32,000 bases of DNA from Bellilinea caldifistulae (GCF_001306055.1 NZ_LGHJ01000013.1:186265-218264); one strand, 5' to 3'; shown: positions 23,524-31,831, counted from the stretch's first letter. The notes: a model not told the origin generated them from the sequence alone. A program made the numbers and translations.

Positions 23524-23835
23524 TCAACCGCCGGTTGCAACCGCGACCAGTGTCAGGCGGTCACCATCTTTGGGCGTATCGTCCATCCGAAAGGCTGGCT
23601 GAGCCATCTCCCCGTTGATGATGAACAGGTTGGAATTCAATAAGGACTTTTTATCATCCTGAATGATGATCCCAACCATATCCGGGTATCGCTCGGCCAG
23701 CCATTCAACGATTTGTCCGTAAGTAATCCCGCGTGGAAATTCCACTTCAATCGCCGGTGTACCGGCGATATATTTTGCCAGATTGGTGAATTCAATCGTA
23801 ATCCGAATGGTATTTGGAAGGCTGGCGTTCATCAT
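23524..23835 (-). CDS. MoaD/ThiS-family ubiquitin-like (beta-grasp) protein with a C-terminal Gly-Gly
   Basis: 103 aa: IRITIEF...IEVEFPRGITYGQIVEWLAERYP......LFIINGEMA....DDTPKDGDRLTLVAVATGG-stop. The start overlaps the upstream stop as TAATG. Confidence 0.8.
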   Translation of the reverse strand: MMNASLPNTIRITIEFTNLAKYIAGTPAIEVEFPRGITYGQIVEWLAERYPDMVGIIIQDDKKSLLNSNLFIINGEMAQPAFRMDDTPKDGDRLTLVAVATGG

Positions 23836-24164
23836 TACTTAAAACAGAAAGAGAACAAAACAGCCCCCAGAGAAGTTCCCACCCACCAGTAATCCTGCAT
23901 CACCTGGGGAAATGAAGTTGCCTGGCGGGCGGCCAACCCCACCAGCATCAGAGCAACCGCAATTCCAACCAGCACCCAGCTGCGAATTTCATATCTTGGC
24001 TTGTTCGGGTCTGGCAGAGCAACTTTGGCGCCTTTTCCGGCCTTTTTGGCTTTAAGAGCCTGTTCGCGCTCCAGCCGTCGTTTTCTACCGCGCAGCATGG
24101 CCAGCCGCAGATAAAAGAATAACATGGCCACTGCCGTGATCACCAGTCCAAAATCAAATTTCAT
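23835..24164 (-). CDS. Small three-TM membrane protein, function unknown
   Basis: 109 aa with three hydrophobic helices and a strongly basic loop (RGRKRRLEREQALKAKKAGKGAK). It is coupled on both sides (ATGA at 24161-24164 and TAATG at 23833-23837). Confidence 0.6.
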   Translation of the reverse strand: MKFDFGLVITAVAMLFFYLRLAMLRGRKRRLEREQALKAKKAGKGAKVALPDPNKPRYEIRSWVLVGIAVALMLVGLAARQATSFPQVMQDYWWVGTSLGAVLFSFCFK

Positions 24165-24670
24165 TCCAATCCTCCAAAGTCCTTCTTCCAGACGTATTTG
24201 AGAACCGTATTGTAAAAAGTCTGCAGGGAAGGTTTTGGGCCTTCCTTTATCCGCAGCATTCTGCAGCGCGGCGTGATTTCTACAAACATCGTCCCGCTTT
24301 CACTCATTTCGGTTGGCACTTTTTCTAGTGCGAATACACGGGTATTCGGCAGGCGCACCATCGGCAGGCGCTTTTCGGGCGTCTGCACCAGCGCCATCAT
24401 GTAAAATTCATAATTGACCGTTGGAGTAGGCAAGCGCACCAATACTACCCGTGACTTTTTTTCCGGCACCTCGCGGAGTTCATATTGAGCGCCGGCAAAT
24501 GAAGAGCATTTGGAATCATCCAGGCGCTCCCCCACATGATCCCACCAGAATTTGAGGAACTTCAACCCATCCCGTTCAAGATATTCCAAAAAACCTTTGG
24601 TTTGAGAATGAAACAGAGTCGGCAGGGCTTCGTGGCAAAAGTTATAGTGCTGGCTCTTGTTTTTATCCAT
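24161..24670 (-). CDS. Hypothetical soluble protein (169 aa), no family recognised
   Basis: Starts at MDKNKSQHYNF with GGAG 6 nt upstream. The longer track ORF (to 24706) would overlap the NmrA-like gene. GC looks slightly lower than in neighbouring genes. Confidence 0.65.
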   Translation of the reverse strand: MDKNKSQHYNFCHEALPTLFHSQTKGFLEYLERDGLKFLKFWWDHVGERLDDSKCSSFAGAQYELREVPEKKSRVVLVRLPTPTVNYEFYMMALVQTPEKRLPMVRLPNTRVFALEKVPTEMSESGTMFVEITPRCRMLRIKEGPKPSLQTFYNTVLKYVWKKDFGGLE

Positions 24671-24680
24671 ATTCCGCTCC

Positions 24681-25559
24681 TCAATCAAGTTTTTGAATTT
24701 CTGCACTCAGAAATTCATCGAACGTGGTGGGGTTTCTCCCTAAAAGCATCCTCAAGACATTCGGGTTGCCGCGCATGCCGTAATTTTCGTAGTAAAGAAA
24801 CATTTTCAACAGGGTATTGACCGCATATTCCGACATGCCCCCCGCCAGCATTTTACGCTGCCAGGCATCACGGTCTATCTCTACTGCTTCAACGGGTTTC
24901 CCAAGATACTGAGAAAGCCTTTGAGCCGCTTCTCGGGCCGAGAGAGCTTCCGGGCCGCATAATTCGTAAATGGCACAGGAATGGGATTCTTCCAGCAGCA
25001 CGCTCGCCGCGGCCTCGGCCACATCCGCTAAATCCACCTGACTGAGCGGCGCATCAATCGAATAAGGAATGCCGTAAACCCCATCCCGCTCAATGGACTG
25101 CCAGTAGCCCAGAAGATTCTGCATGTAAACAGCCGGTTGAAGAATGGTAAAATCCACCCCACTGGTGAACAAGCGCTCTTCAACCCGCAGTTTCTGCCAG
25201 TGATGCGGCATTTCCTCCGCCTGGGGGTGCAGCACCGAATGATAAACAAACCGCAGCACTTCATTGGAACGGGCGGCCCGGATCAGGTTTTCGGCTATGC
25301 GCAGTTCATCCGGGTGCATGTTCGGCGGAATGTGATAAACCACCCGGATTCCCCGCATGGCTCGCTCCGCCAGCGAAAAATCCAGCAGATCACCTACGAT
25401 GAAGTCATCTACGCCCATCTGGCGGAGGGGCGCCGTGTTAGCATCCCGACGCACCCACGCCCGAAGTGCTGCGCCCTTCTCGATCAGCGCTGCACACACC
25501 GCCAGGCCGGTTTTACCGCCAGCGCCGGTTATAAGAATTTTGTCGGTTTCACTCATCAT
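24681..25559 (-). CDS. NmrA-like / atypical SDR NAD(P)-binding protein
   Basis: 292 aa: KILITGAGGKTG (Rossmann GxxGxxG), ...VVYHIPPN....RFVYHSVLHP... These are NmrA-family features. Confidence 0.85.
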   Translation of the reverse strand: MMSETDKILITGAGGKTGLAVCAALIEKGAALRAWVRRDANTAPLRQMGVDDFIVGDLLDFSLAERAMRGIRVVYHIPPNMHPDELRIAENLIRAARSNEVLRFVYHSVLHPQAEEMPHHWQKLRVEERLFTSGVDFTILQPAVYMQNLLGYWQSIERDGVYGIPYSIDAPLSQVDLADVAEAAASVLLEESHSCAIYELCGPEALSAREAAQRLSQYLGKPVEAVEIDRDAWQRKMLAGGMSEYAVNTLLKMFLYYENYGMRGNPNVLRMLLGRNPTTFDEFLSAEIQKLD

Positions 25560-25564
25560 CGCGT

Positions 25565-25570
25565 ATTATA
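25565..25570 (-). promoter_or_regulatory. -10 box TATAAT 5 nt upstream of the NmrA-like ATG (leaderless-type)
   Basis: The minus strand reads TTTTTGGAA-TATAAT-acgcg-ATGATG. It sits directly after the permease terminator. Confidence 0.4.
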
Positions 25571-25573
25571 TTC

Positions 25574-25613
25574 CAAAAAGGCTCCCGATGTCCGGGTGAC
25601 GACATCGGGAGCC
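25574..25613 (-). terminator. Rho-independent terminator of the Mo-hydroxylase/permease operon
   Basis: GGCTCCCGATGTC-(8 nt)-GACATCGGGAGCC forms a perfect 13-bp stem. On the minus strand it is followed by TTTTTGG. Confidence 0.85.
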
Positions 25614-25678
25614 AGGTTAATTGGGTTGAACGCCGTTATAACCCTTGTTCAGCCCGTTTATCTCGTCAGCATCCCCAA

Positions 25679-27082
25679 TCAGACGTTGGGATTGAGCCGT
25701 TCAACCGGGGGTTTCCAGACGTTGGTGATCAGGTTCAAAATGATACCAACCACCGCGCCGGTCGCAATGGAAGGCCAGCCGAAGGGGAACAGACCCTTGA
25801 GGATCGGGATCGGCAGGAAACCGCCTTCGTAACCGATGTTACCACCAATACCGATGATCAGGATGGTCGCGCCGATCGCCAGTTGCTTGGGATCGAACAG
25901 GTTGACCTTCTCCGCCAGCATCAGCGCAATACCCTGCATGCCGATGACGCCGAACAGGTAGATGGACAAACCACCGGATACGGCGGTTGGGATGGTGGAC
26001 ACCAGATCCGCCAGCGGGCCGATGAAGCCCAGCAGCACCGAGATCAAACCTGCTGTGATCAGTACCGGGCCGGAGTAGTTGCGGGTGATCACCATCAGCG
26101 AGTTATTTTCACCGTAGTTGGTACCTGCGGTCGAACCGAAGATACCGTTGACGAGATCGTTCAAACCGTCAATCATCAGGTTGATGCCGATATAGCGGTT
26201 CAGGCGCAGTTTTTCGCGGCCCTGTTCCTCTGCAAGGTGATCCACATACAGGCTGATCTGGTACAGGTGCGCCGTGGATTCGGGAATGGTGGCAATCGCC
26301 ATCACGCCCACACCGAAGATCACCGTCAGGGTCAGGTCACTGGCGAAATTGGGGAAAGTGAATTGCGGGGCGCGGAACAGCGCCGATTGACCGAGCAGCG
26401 AGAAATTGACCAGATCAAACGGAATGGCCACAATGTAGCCGACAATCGCCGCCAGCAAAATCGGCAGCATGCCGATGAAGCCCTTCCCCTGCAGATAAAC
26501 CGAGAAAATGAAGGCCGAAAGCAGGGTGATCAGGGAAACCGTCCACCAGGTCATGTCGCCGGTCAGAATACCGCCGGCCACACCGGAGGACATGTCCAGC
26601 GCTGCTTTACCGAGGCCGATACCGATGGTGCAGGCTACCGAACCGGTCACCACGGGGGGCAGCACTTTATCGAGGGCTTCTTTACCGCCGGAAAGCCGGA
26701 TGATCAAGCCGACAATGACGTTGATCGTACCGGTTGCGATGAAACCGGTTTGAACAATGGACAGCAAAGCCGGGTCGGCCGGTACGCCAAAAGTCGGTTT
26801 GGTGATGGCAGTGACGGCCGCAATGTAGCTGAAGGACGAACCGTAGTACAGCGGGATGTAATTGCCGATGGCCAGTTTGGAGGCAATCAGCGCAACCACC
26901 GTACCAAAACCGGTTACCGTCAACACCGTGCTGACCGGGAAGCCCATCAGCAGCGCGCACAAGACCGTGGCCGGGAACATGGTGATCACGTGCTGGAAAC
27001 CCAGCAGGATCATACGCCCAATCGGCGGGGTATCCTGTGGCAGGTAACCCAGAACGGCTGGTTTTTGAACATCAGTTGCCAT
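25679..27082 (-). CDS. NCS2/NAT-family nucleobase:cation symporter (uracil/xanthine permease-like)
   Basis: 467 aa with about 13-14 TM segments. LGFQHVITMFPATV near the N-terminus. The NAT signature-like YGENNSLMVITRN resembles the GENxGxxxITR motif of UraA-type permeases. A GGGAGGAAG SD is present. Confidence 0.92.
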   Translation of the reverse strand: MATDVQKPAVLGYLPQDTPPIGRMILLGFQHVITMFPATVLCALLMGFPVSTVLTVTGFGTVVALIASKLAIGNYIPLYYGSSFSYIAAVTAITKPTFGVPADPALLSIVQTGFIATGTINVIVGLIIRLSGGKEALDKVLPPVVTGSVACTIGIGLGKAALDMSSGVAGGILTGDMTWWTVSLITLLSAFIFSVYLQGKGFIGMLPILLAAIVGYIVAIPFDLVNFSLLGQSALFRAPQFTFPNFASDLTLTVIFGVGVMAIATIPESTAHLYQISLYVDHLAEEQGREKLRLNRYIGINLMIDGLNDLVNGIFGSTAGTNYGENNSLMVITRNYSGPVLITAGLISVLLGFIGPLADLVSTIPTAVSGGLSIYLFGVIGMQGIALMLAEKVNLFDPKQLAIGATILIIGIGGNIGYEGGFLPIPILKGLFPFGWPSIATGAVVGIILNLITNVWKPPVERLNPNV

Positions 27083-27283
27083 TGAAGTCTTCCTCCCTTG
27101 AAGAAAGAATGGATAGAATAAATTGAAAACTGTGGGTTGGGAATTGGGTCCGGAACAACTGTCCGTATTCGTTCAGGTACAATCCTCTCCTCCTTGCGGA
27201 TTTAAGTGGACATCCGAACCGCGCTTTGGGTGTAAAAACCAATCCTGTCCTCGATAGACACCTCCTTTCTTATATTCAGCGGA

Positions 27284-27919
27284 TCAACCGCTGCAACCTC
27301 GGAACAAAACAGCCAGAAGAACCAACACAGCCACCAGAGGGATGATGTACATGAGCAGGCGAACCTCTGGTATTTTAGTTAAACCCCCCGCCATGTCTTT
27401 GGCTACGGCAGCGGCAAATTCTGTTTCGGACGGGGGTTTGAAGTCAACAACCTCGCTGCCGCTGGCTTTGGCAGCAAGGCGGGCTTCCAATGCTTTATCC
27501 AGCACTTCGAACGCCTGGCGGATCATGGTTTTGGCAACCGAGTCGATCATCCGCTGGCCAACGCTTGCCAGCGCGCCGCCGATGTTCATCTCTCCTTCAT
27601 ATTTCATCAGGGTTGTACCATCCCCTTGATCAATGAACTGCACTCTCCCGACACCTTTGGCAAAACCGGGCGTGCCGCGCCCATCCACGGTCAGCGTGCA
27701 GGACTCGGGTTCGACCACATCGGAAATCACCAGTTTTCCGGTAAAAGAACCGGAAACCGGGCCGATCCGCACGTTCATTGCGCCTTCGTATTCATTTTCG
27801 GCGACCATCTCCAGCTTTTGGGTGCCCGGCAAGGCACTGGCTAACACTTCGGGATCGTAGAACATTTCCCAGACTGCTTCACGGGGACCGTTAAAAACGT
27901 GCTCGCCTTCCAGTTTCAT
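27284..27919 (-). CDS. coxG: CoxG-family (SRPBCC) protein with a C-terminal membrane anchor
   Basis: 211 aa from MKLEGEHVFNGPREAVWEMFYDPEVLASALPG...GSFTGK...VDGRG.PGFAKG. C-terminal TM: LLMYIIPLVAVLVLLAVLF. A GGAGG SD lies 10 nt upstream of ATG 27919. Confidence 0.8.
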   Translation of the reverse strand: MKLEGEHVFNGPREAVWEMFYDPEVLASALPGTQKLEMVAENEYEGAMNVRIGPVSGSFTGKLVISDVVEPESCTLTVDGRGTPGFAKGVGRVQFIDQGDGTTLMKYEGEMNIGGALASVGQRMIDSVAKTMIRQAFEVLDKALEARLAAKASGSEVVDFKPPSETEFAAAVAKDMAGGLTKIPEVRLLMYIIPLVAVLVLLAVLFRGCSG

Positions 27920-27980
27920 TATAAGTTTTCCTCCATCAATGATAAGGTAAAGTTGGATTTTGGATGCGAAATCCATTCAT

Positions 27981-28007
27981 GGCGAAGGGCGTCAAGCGCC
28001 CTTCGCC
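27981..28007 (-). other. GC-rich hairpin spanning the large-subunit stop codon
   Basis: GGCGAAGGGCG-tcaag-CGCCCTTCGCC forms a perfect 11-bp stem. The stop codon (27994-27992) lies in the loop. A second 6-bp hairpin (27955-27974) follows in the 72-nt spacer. Confidence 0.5.
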
Positions 28008-30358
28008 TGCTGAACATAGGTGAAAATGCGGCTGGGTGAAAGCGTATCACGATCAAACTCCACCCCGGTTTCTTGCAGCGCATTTTCAACAGCCTGCACA
28101 AACACGGAGGGAATCGGAATCGCGCCGGCTTCACCAACACCCTTGATGCCTAACGGATTGAGCGGCGAGGGTGTTTCCATATGACCCAACACCAGTTTCT
28201 TGGGCATATCGGTTGCCTGCGGGAAGAGGTAATCCATGAACGAGGCAGTTACGAGCTGGCCGTTCTCGTCGTAAATCAGCTCTTCGTAGAAGGCATCGCC
28301 GATGCCCATCTGGATACCGCCGTGAATCTGACCATCTACCACCATGGGGTTGACCGGCGTACCACAGTCATGGACGAAAGCCATTTTTTCCAGACTGACC
28401 TGCATCGTCTCCGGGTCCACTTCGATAATCAATCCCACTGCACCAGCGCCGGTTGCACCATAGGGCGGGCCGTAGTAAGCCACCGCTTCCAGACCGGGTT
28501 CGGCGCCGGGCTCCATCGTACCGCGCATCGGGTTGGCCAGGTTCGCCAGATCACCCAGCGAGATAAATTTAGAAGGAATATCGGCAACTCGCACCACGCC
28601 ATCAGCCAGTTCCAGCTCTTCCTCCGGCGCTTCCAGAATCTTGCTCGCCAGTTTGAGGGCTTTCTGGCGCACTTTTTGAGCGGCCAGATGGGTAGCCGTA
28701 CCGGCCACCGTAATGCCGCGACTGGCAAACGTGCCGGCTCCCCAGCCAAAGTAACCGGTATCCCCGGTGATCACTTTGACATCTTTCACATCCACCCCCA
28801 GTTGATCGGCAACAATTTGGGCAAAGGTCGTGTAATGCGCCTGTCCCTGGGAGGTGTAACCCGTGGTAACCACCACCTTGCCGTTGCCGCCAACCGTCAC
28901 ACGGGCACCTTCGTAGGGTCCAACGCCCGTGCCTTCGCTGAAGCAGGCCACGCCAATACCCACCTTCTTGCCCTGGGCGCGCAGTTTGGGCTGCACTTCA
29001 TTGACAAATTTGTCGTACTCGATCAATTCAAGGGTCTTTTGAAACGAGGTCGGGTAATCTCCACTATCCAGCACGCCCTCTACAAAGTCCTGCCCAATGA
29101 TGCTGGTGTAGTAAGGATAAGCATTCGCCGGCAGCAGATTCTTGCGGCGGATTTCTACCGGGCTCATCCCCAGTTCTCTGGCAGCTGCGTCCAGCATGCG
29201 TTCCATCACAAACACGCCGTATTGGCGGCCGGCGCCCCGTACCGGCGTTACGATCATCTGGTTGGTGAATACCACATAGAACTCGGTCAGGAAATTCGGA
29301 ACGCGGTAATTGGTGACTGTATGGGTTTGGGAATTGAGCGGCACGGTCATCATATAGGGATTGTACGCCCCAGTGTTGTGGTAGAAAAAGTCCTTCAGGC
29401 CAACAATCGTACCATCCCGCTTGACCGCAAGTTCGCAATAATGCACCTGATCGCGTTCCGAGGTGGTGGCTAAAAAGTTTTCGCGCCGGTCTTCAACCCA
29501 CTTGATAGGCCGATCCAATTTCATCGCCAGATAGGTAATCAGGACATCATCCGGCAGTGAGGTGTTAATTTTCGGGCCAAAACCGCCGCCGGTGTTGGGG
29601 GTGATCACCCTCACCTGACTTTCGAACAATCCCAGCCGGGCGGCAGTCTGATTGCGCAATGCAATCACCGATTGGGTGCCGCACCAGATGGTCATTTGTT
29701 TGGCGTGTTTATCCCACTGGACGATGATGCCACGGTTTTCCATTGCCGCGCCGGCGTTGCGATTGATGAAGAACTTTCGTTTGATCACCAGGTCGGCTTC
29801 TTTGACTGCCTCCTCCCACGAACCACGCTCCTGACGCACATGGCCGGCTTCGTTGGAAGGCAGGTCTTCATGCACCAGCGGCGAGCCGGGCTGAAGCGCC
29901 TTTTCCAGATCCACCACAGCTTCTAACGGCTCGTAATCCACGTAGATCAGGTCGCAGGCATCTTCGGCAATGTAACGCGATTCGGCGATGACAATGGCAA
30001 CCGGTTCACCGGCGAAACGAACTTTATCTTTGGCTATCGGCATGGTTGTGCGTGCCACGTAGGTTGCGCCTTTGATTGCCGTGGGGGGCGGTACTTGCAG
30101 CGGCCCGGGTTTGATGTAATCGCCGAAATCTTCGGCAGTATAAACACCGATGACCCCCGGCAGTTTGCGGGCTTCGCTCACATCAATACTTTTGATACGG
30201 GCATGAGCGTAATCCGAGCGTTTGAAAGCGGCGTGAAGCATACCCGGAAGTTCGATATCATCCAGAAATTGAACATTGCCGGTGATCAATTCCGGGTCTT
30301 CGAGCCGTAAAATGGATTGATGAACGTATTTACCTGCCACGGTTGCTTCTCCTTTCAT
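27992..30358 (-). CDS. Xanthine-dehydrogenase/aldehyde-oxidase-family molybdopterin-binding large subunit (CoxL/CutL-like, not form I CODH)
   Basis: 788 aa. GGGFGPK and PVRGAGRQ motifs are present. The form I CO-dehydrogenase loop AYxCSFR is absent. The start may instead be GTG 30340, which has AAAGGAG 8 nt upstream. Confidence 0.93.
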   Translation of the reverse strand: MKGEATVAGKYVHQSILRLEDPELITGNVQFLDDIELPGMLHAAFKRSDYAHARIKSIDVSEARKLPGVIGVYTAEDFGDYIKPGPLQVPPPTAIKGATYVARTTMPIAKDKVRFAGEPVAIVIAESRYIAEDACDLIYVDYEPLEAVVDLEKALQPGSPLVHEDLPSNEAGHVRQERGSWEEAVKEADLVIKRKFFINRNAGAAMENRGIIVQWDKHAKQMTIWCGTQSVIALRNQTAARLGLFESQVRVITPNTGGGFGPKINTSLPDDVLITYLAMKLDRPIKWVEDRRENFLATTSERDQVHYCELAVKRDGTIVGLKDFFYHNTGAYNPYMMTVPLNSQTHTVTNYRVPNFLTEFYVVFTNQMIVTPVRGAGRQYGVFVMERMLDAAARELGMSPVEIRRKNLLPANAYPYYTSIIGQDFVEGVLDSGDYPTSFQKTLELIEYDKFVNEVQPKLRAQGKKVGIGVACFSEGTGVGPYEGARVTVGGNGKVVVTTGYTSQGQAHYTTFAQIVADQLGVDVKDVKVITGDTGYFGWGAGTFASRGITVAGTATHLAAQKVRQKALKLASKILEAPEEELELADGVVRVADIPSKFISLGDLANLANPMRGTMEPGAEPGLEAVAYYGPPYGATGAGAVGLIIEVDPETMQVSLEKMAFVHDCGTPVNPMVVDGQIHGGIQMGIGDAFYEELIYDENGQLVTASFMDYLFPQATDMPKKLVLGHMETPSPLNPLGIKGVGEAGAIPIPSVFVQAVENALQETGVEFDRDTLSPSRIFTYVQQAKGA

Positions 30359-30361
30359 CCA

Positions 30362-30841
30362 CTAATGAGACGCCATCTTCTGGGCAGCCAGCTTCACCGC
30401 CTCGATGATGTTGAAATAGCCGGTACAGCGGCAGAAGTTGCCATCAATCGCCTCACGGATTTCTTCTTCGGTTGGATTGGGGTTATCCCCCAGATAATCC
30501 ACCAGCGTCATCAGAAAACCGGGTGTGCAAAAACCGCACTGCAAAGCATGTTTTTCGATGAAGGCTTGTTGGATCGGGTGCAGGTTGTCCGGGGTTCCCA
30601 GCGATTCAACCGTTTGAATTTCGTGTCCATCTGCCTGAACGGCAAAGATGGTGCAGGAACGCACCGCCTCGCCGTCCATCAAAACGGTACAAGCCCCACA
30701 CAACCCATGTTCGCAGCCGACATGCGTACCGGTCAAACCAAGGTCATGGCGGATAAAATCGCTCAGCAGAAGACGGGGCTCAACCTCGCGTTCATACTGC
30801 TTGCCATTGACGGTAACATTAATTTTGACTGTTTGAGCCAT
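30362..30841 (-). CDS. (2Fe-2S)-binding small subunit of the Mo-hydroxylase (CoxS/CutS-like)
   Basis: 159 aa. Two cluster motifs are present: CEHGLCGACTV and CGFCTPG...CRCTGY. A GGAGG SD lies 5 nt upstream. Confidence 0.95.
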   Translation of the reverse strand: MAQTVKINVTVNGKQYEREVEPRLLLSDFIRHDLGLTGTHVGCEHGLCGACTVLMDGEAVRSCTIFAVQADGHEIQTVESLGTPDNLHPIQQAFIEKHALQCGFCTPGFLMTLVDYLGDNPNPTEEEIREAIDGNFCRCTGYFNIIEAVKLAAQKMASH

Positions 30842-30853
30842 GTCATCCTCCTT

Positions 30854-31726
30854 TTACTTTGCTCGCTCGAAGGCTTCGGTCAGGCCGCGTCTCACCAGCA
30901 CTTTGACCAGATGCCGCCGGTATTCTGCCGTGCCGTGTATATCCGTGCCGGGGTCAACTTCATCTTTGGAGATTTTCTCCGCCACTTCGGCAATCGCCTC
31001 GGCCGTTGGCACATTTCCCACCAGAATCTTGCGAGCGGTCTGGGAAAGAATGGGGGTTTCCCCGACACTGAACAGAACGACCCGCACATCCTTGCAGCGT
31101 TTGTTCTCGTCCACCACCACCACACTGATCACGGCTGCCTGTGCGTAACCGCCTTTCTGGCGGGAGACCTGCTGGTAAGACGCCCCGCTGCCTTTGGCCA
31201 TGGGCGGCAGGACAACCTCCGCCAGCATTTCTTCCGGTTCCAGCACGGTCATAAACGGACCCATGAAGAAATCCTCGGCATTGACCCAACGTTCACCGCC
31301 CTGTTTGCGAACCAGAAAACGAGCCTGTAAGGCTACCGATAAAGCCGGGATCTGAGCGGCCGGGTCGGCGTGAGCAATTGCCCCGCCGAACGTGCCCCGA
31401 TTGCGGATCTGCGGATGGGCAATATGTTTAACCACATAAGGGACAATTGGAAAACGCTCGGACACCAGCGGGTCTTTTTCCACCACACTGTCGCGGGTCA
31501 TCGTCCCAATTGCCAGCCCGCCGTCACTGGTGGGTTTGATATAAAACAATTCTTTTACCTTGTTCAGGTCAACCAGCGCTGCCGGACGAGCCATGCGAAA
31601 GTTCATCGCCGGAATCAAACTTTGACCGCCGGCCAGCACCTTCCCGTCATACCCAAGAGATTGCAGGGTAGCGAGCGCCTCTTCCACGCTGGTCGGTGCA
31701 TAATACTCAAAAGGTGCCGGTTTCAT
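30854..31726 (-). CDS. FAD-binding medium subunit of the Mo-hydroxylase (CoxM/CutM-like)
   Basis: 290 aa: MKPAPFEYYAPTSVEEAL..L......K.LAGGQSLIPAMNFR...RNRGTFGGAIAHADP. A GAGGAGG SD is present. Confidence 0.93.
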   Translation of the reverse strand: MKPAPFEYYAPTSVEEALATLQSLGYDGKVLAGGQSLIPAMNFRMARPAALVDLNKVKELFYIKPTSDGGLAIGTMTRDSVVEKDPLVSERFPIVPYVVKHIAHPQIRNRGTFGGAIAHADPAAQIPALSVALQARFLVRKQGGERWVNAEDFFMGPFMTVLEPEEMLAEVVLPPMAKGSGASYQQVSRQKGGYAQAAVISVVVVDENKRCKDVRVVLFSVGETPILSQTARKILVGNVPTAEAIAEVAEKISKDEVDPGTDIHGTAEYRRHLVKVLVRRGLTEAFERAK

Positions 31727-31831
31727 TTATTCATTACCTCCTCAAGAGGGCTGCCAGCAGTCCTCTGTTGAATTGATGTAAAAAATGGGGAAAAATGCAT
31801 GTTTATGCACAACCATTAATCGGAGATTAAT

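Noticed and set aside
25883-27085. 400-aa + strand ORF antisense to the NCS2 permease. Similar long antisense ORFs occur at 28181..29473, 30317..31330, 19078..19869, 16935..17630, 14720..15349, 5036..5650 and 255..893.
   Set aside because: Each is nested opposite a gene with strong family motifs. The products are dominated by R, G, H, Q and D runs without domains. None has a plausible SD or promoter. I treat them all as shadow ORFs.
27083-27283. Purine riboswitch or PyrR attenuator upstream of the nucleobase permease
   Set aside because: I could not find the purine-riboswitch junction sequences (UAUAAU...CUACC-type) or a PyrR-type hairpin presenting the purine-rich loop. I kept only the unclassified repeat/uORF observation as a finding.
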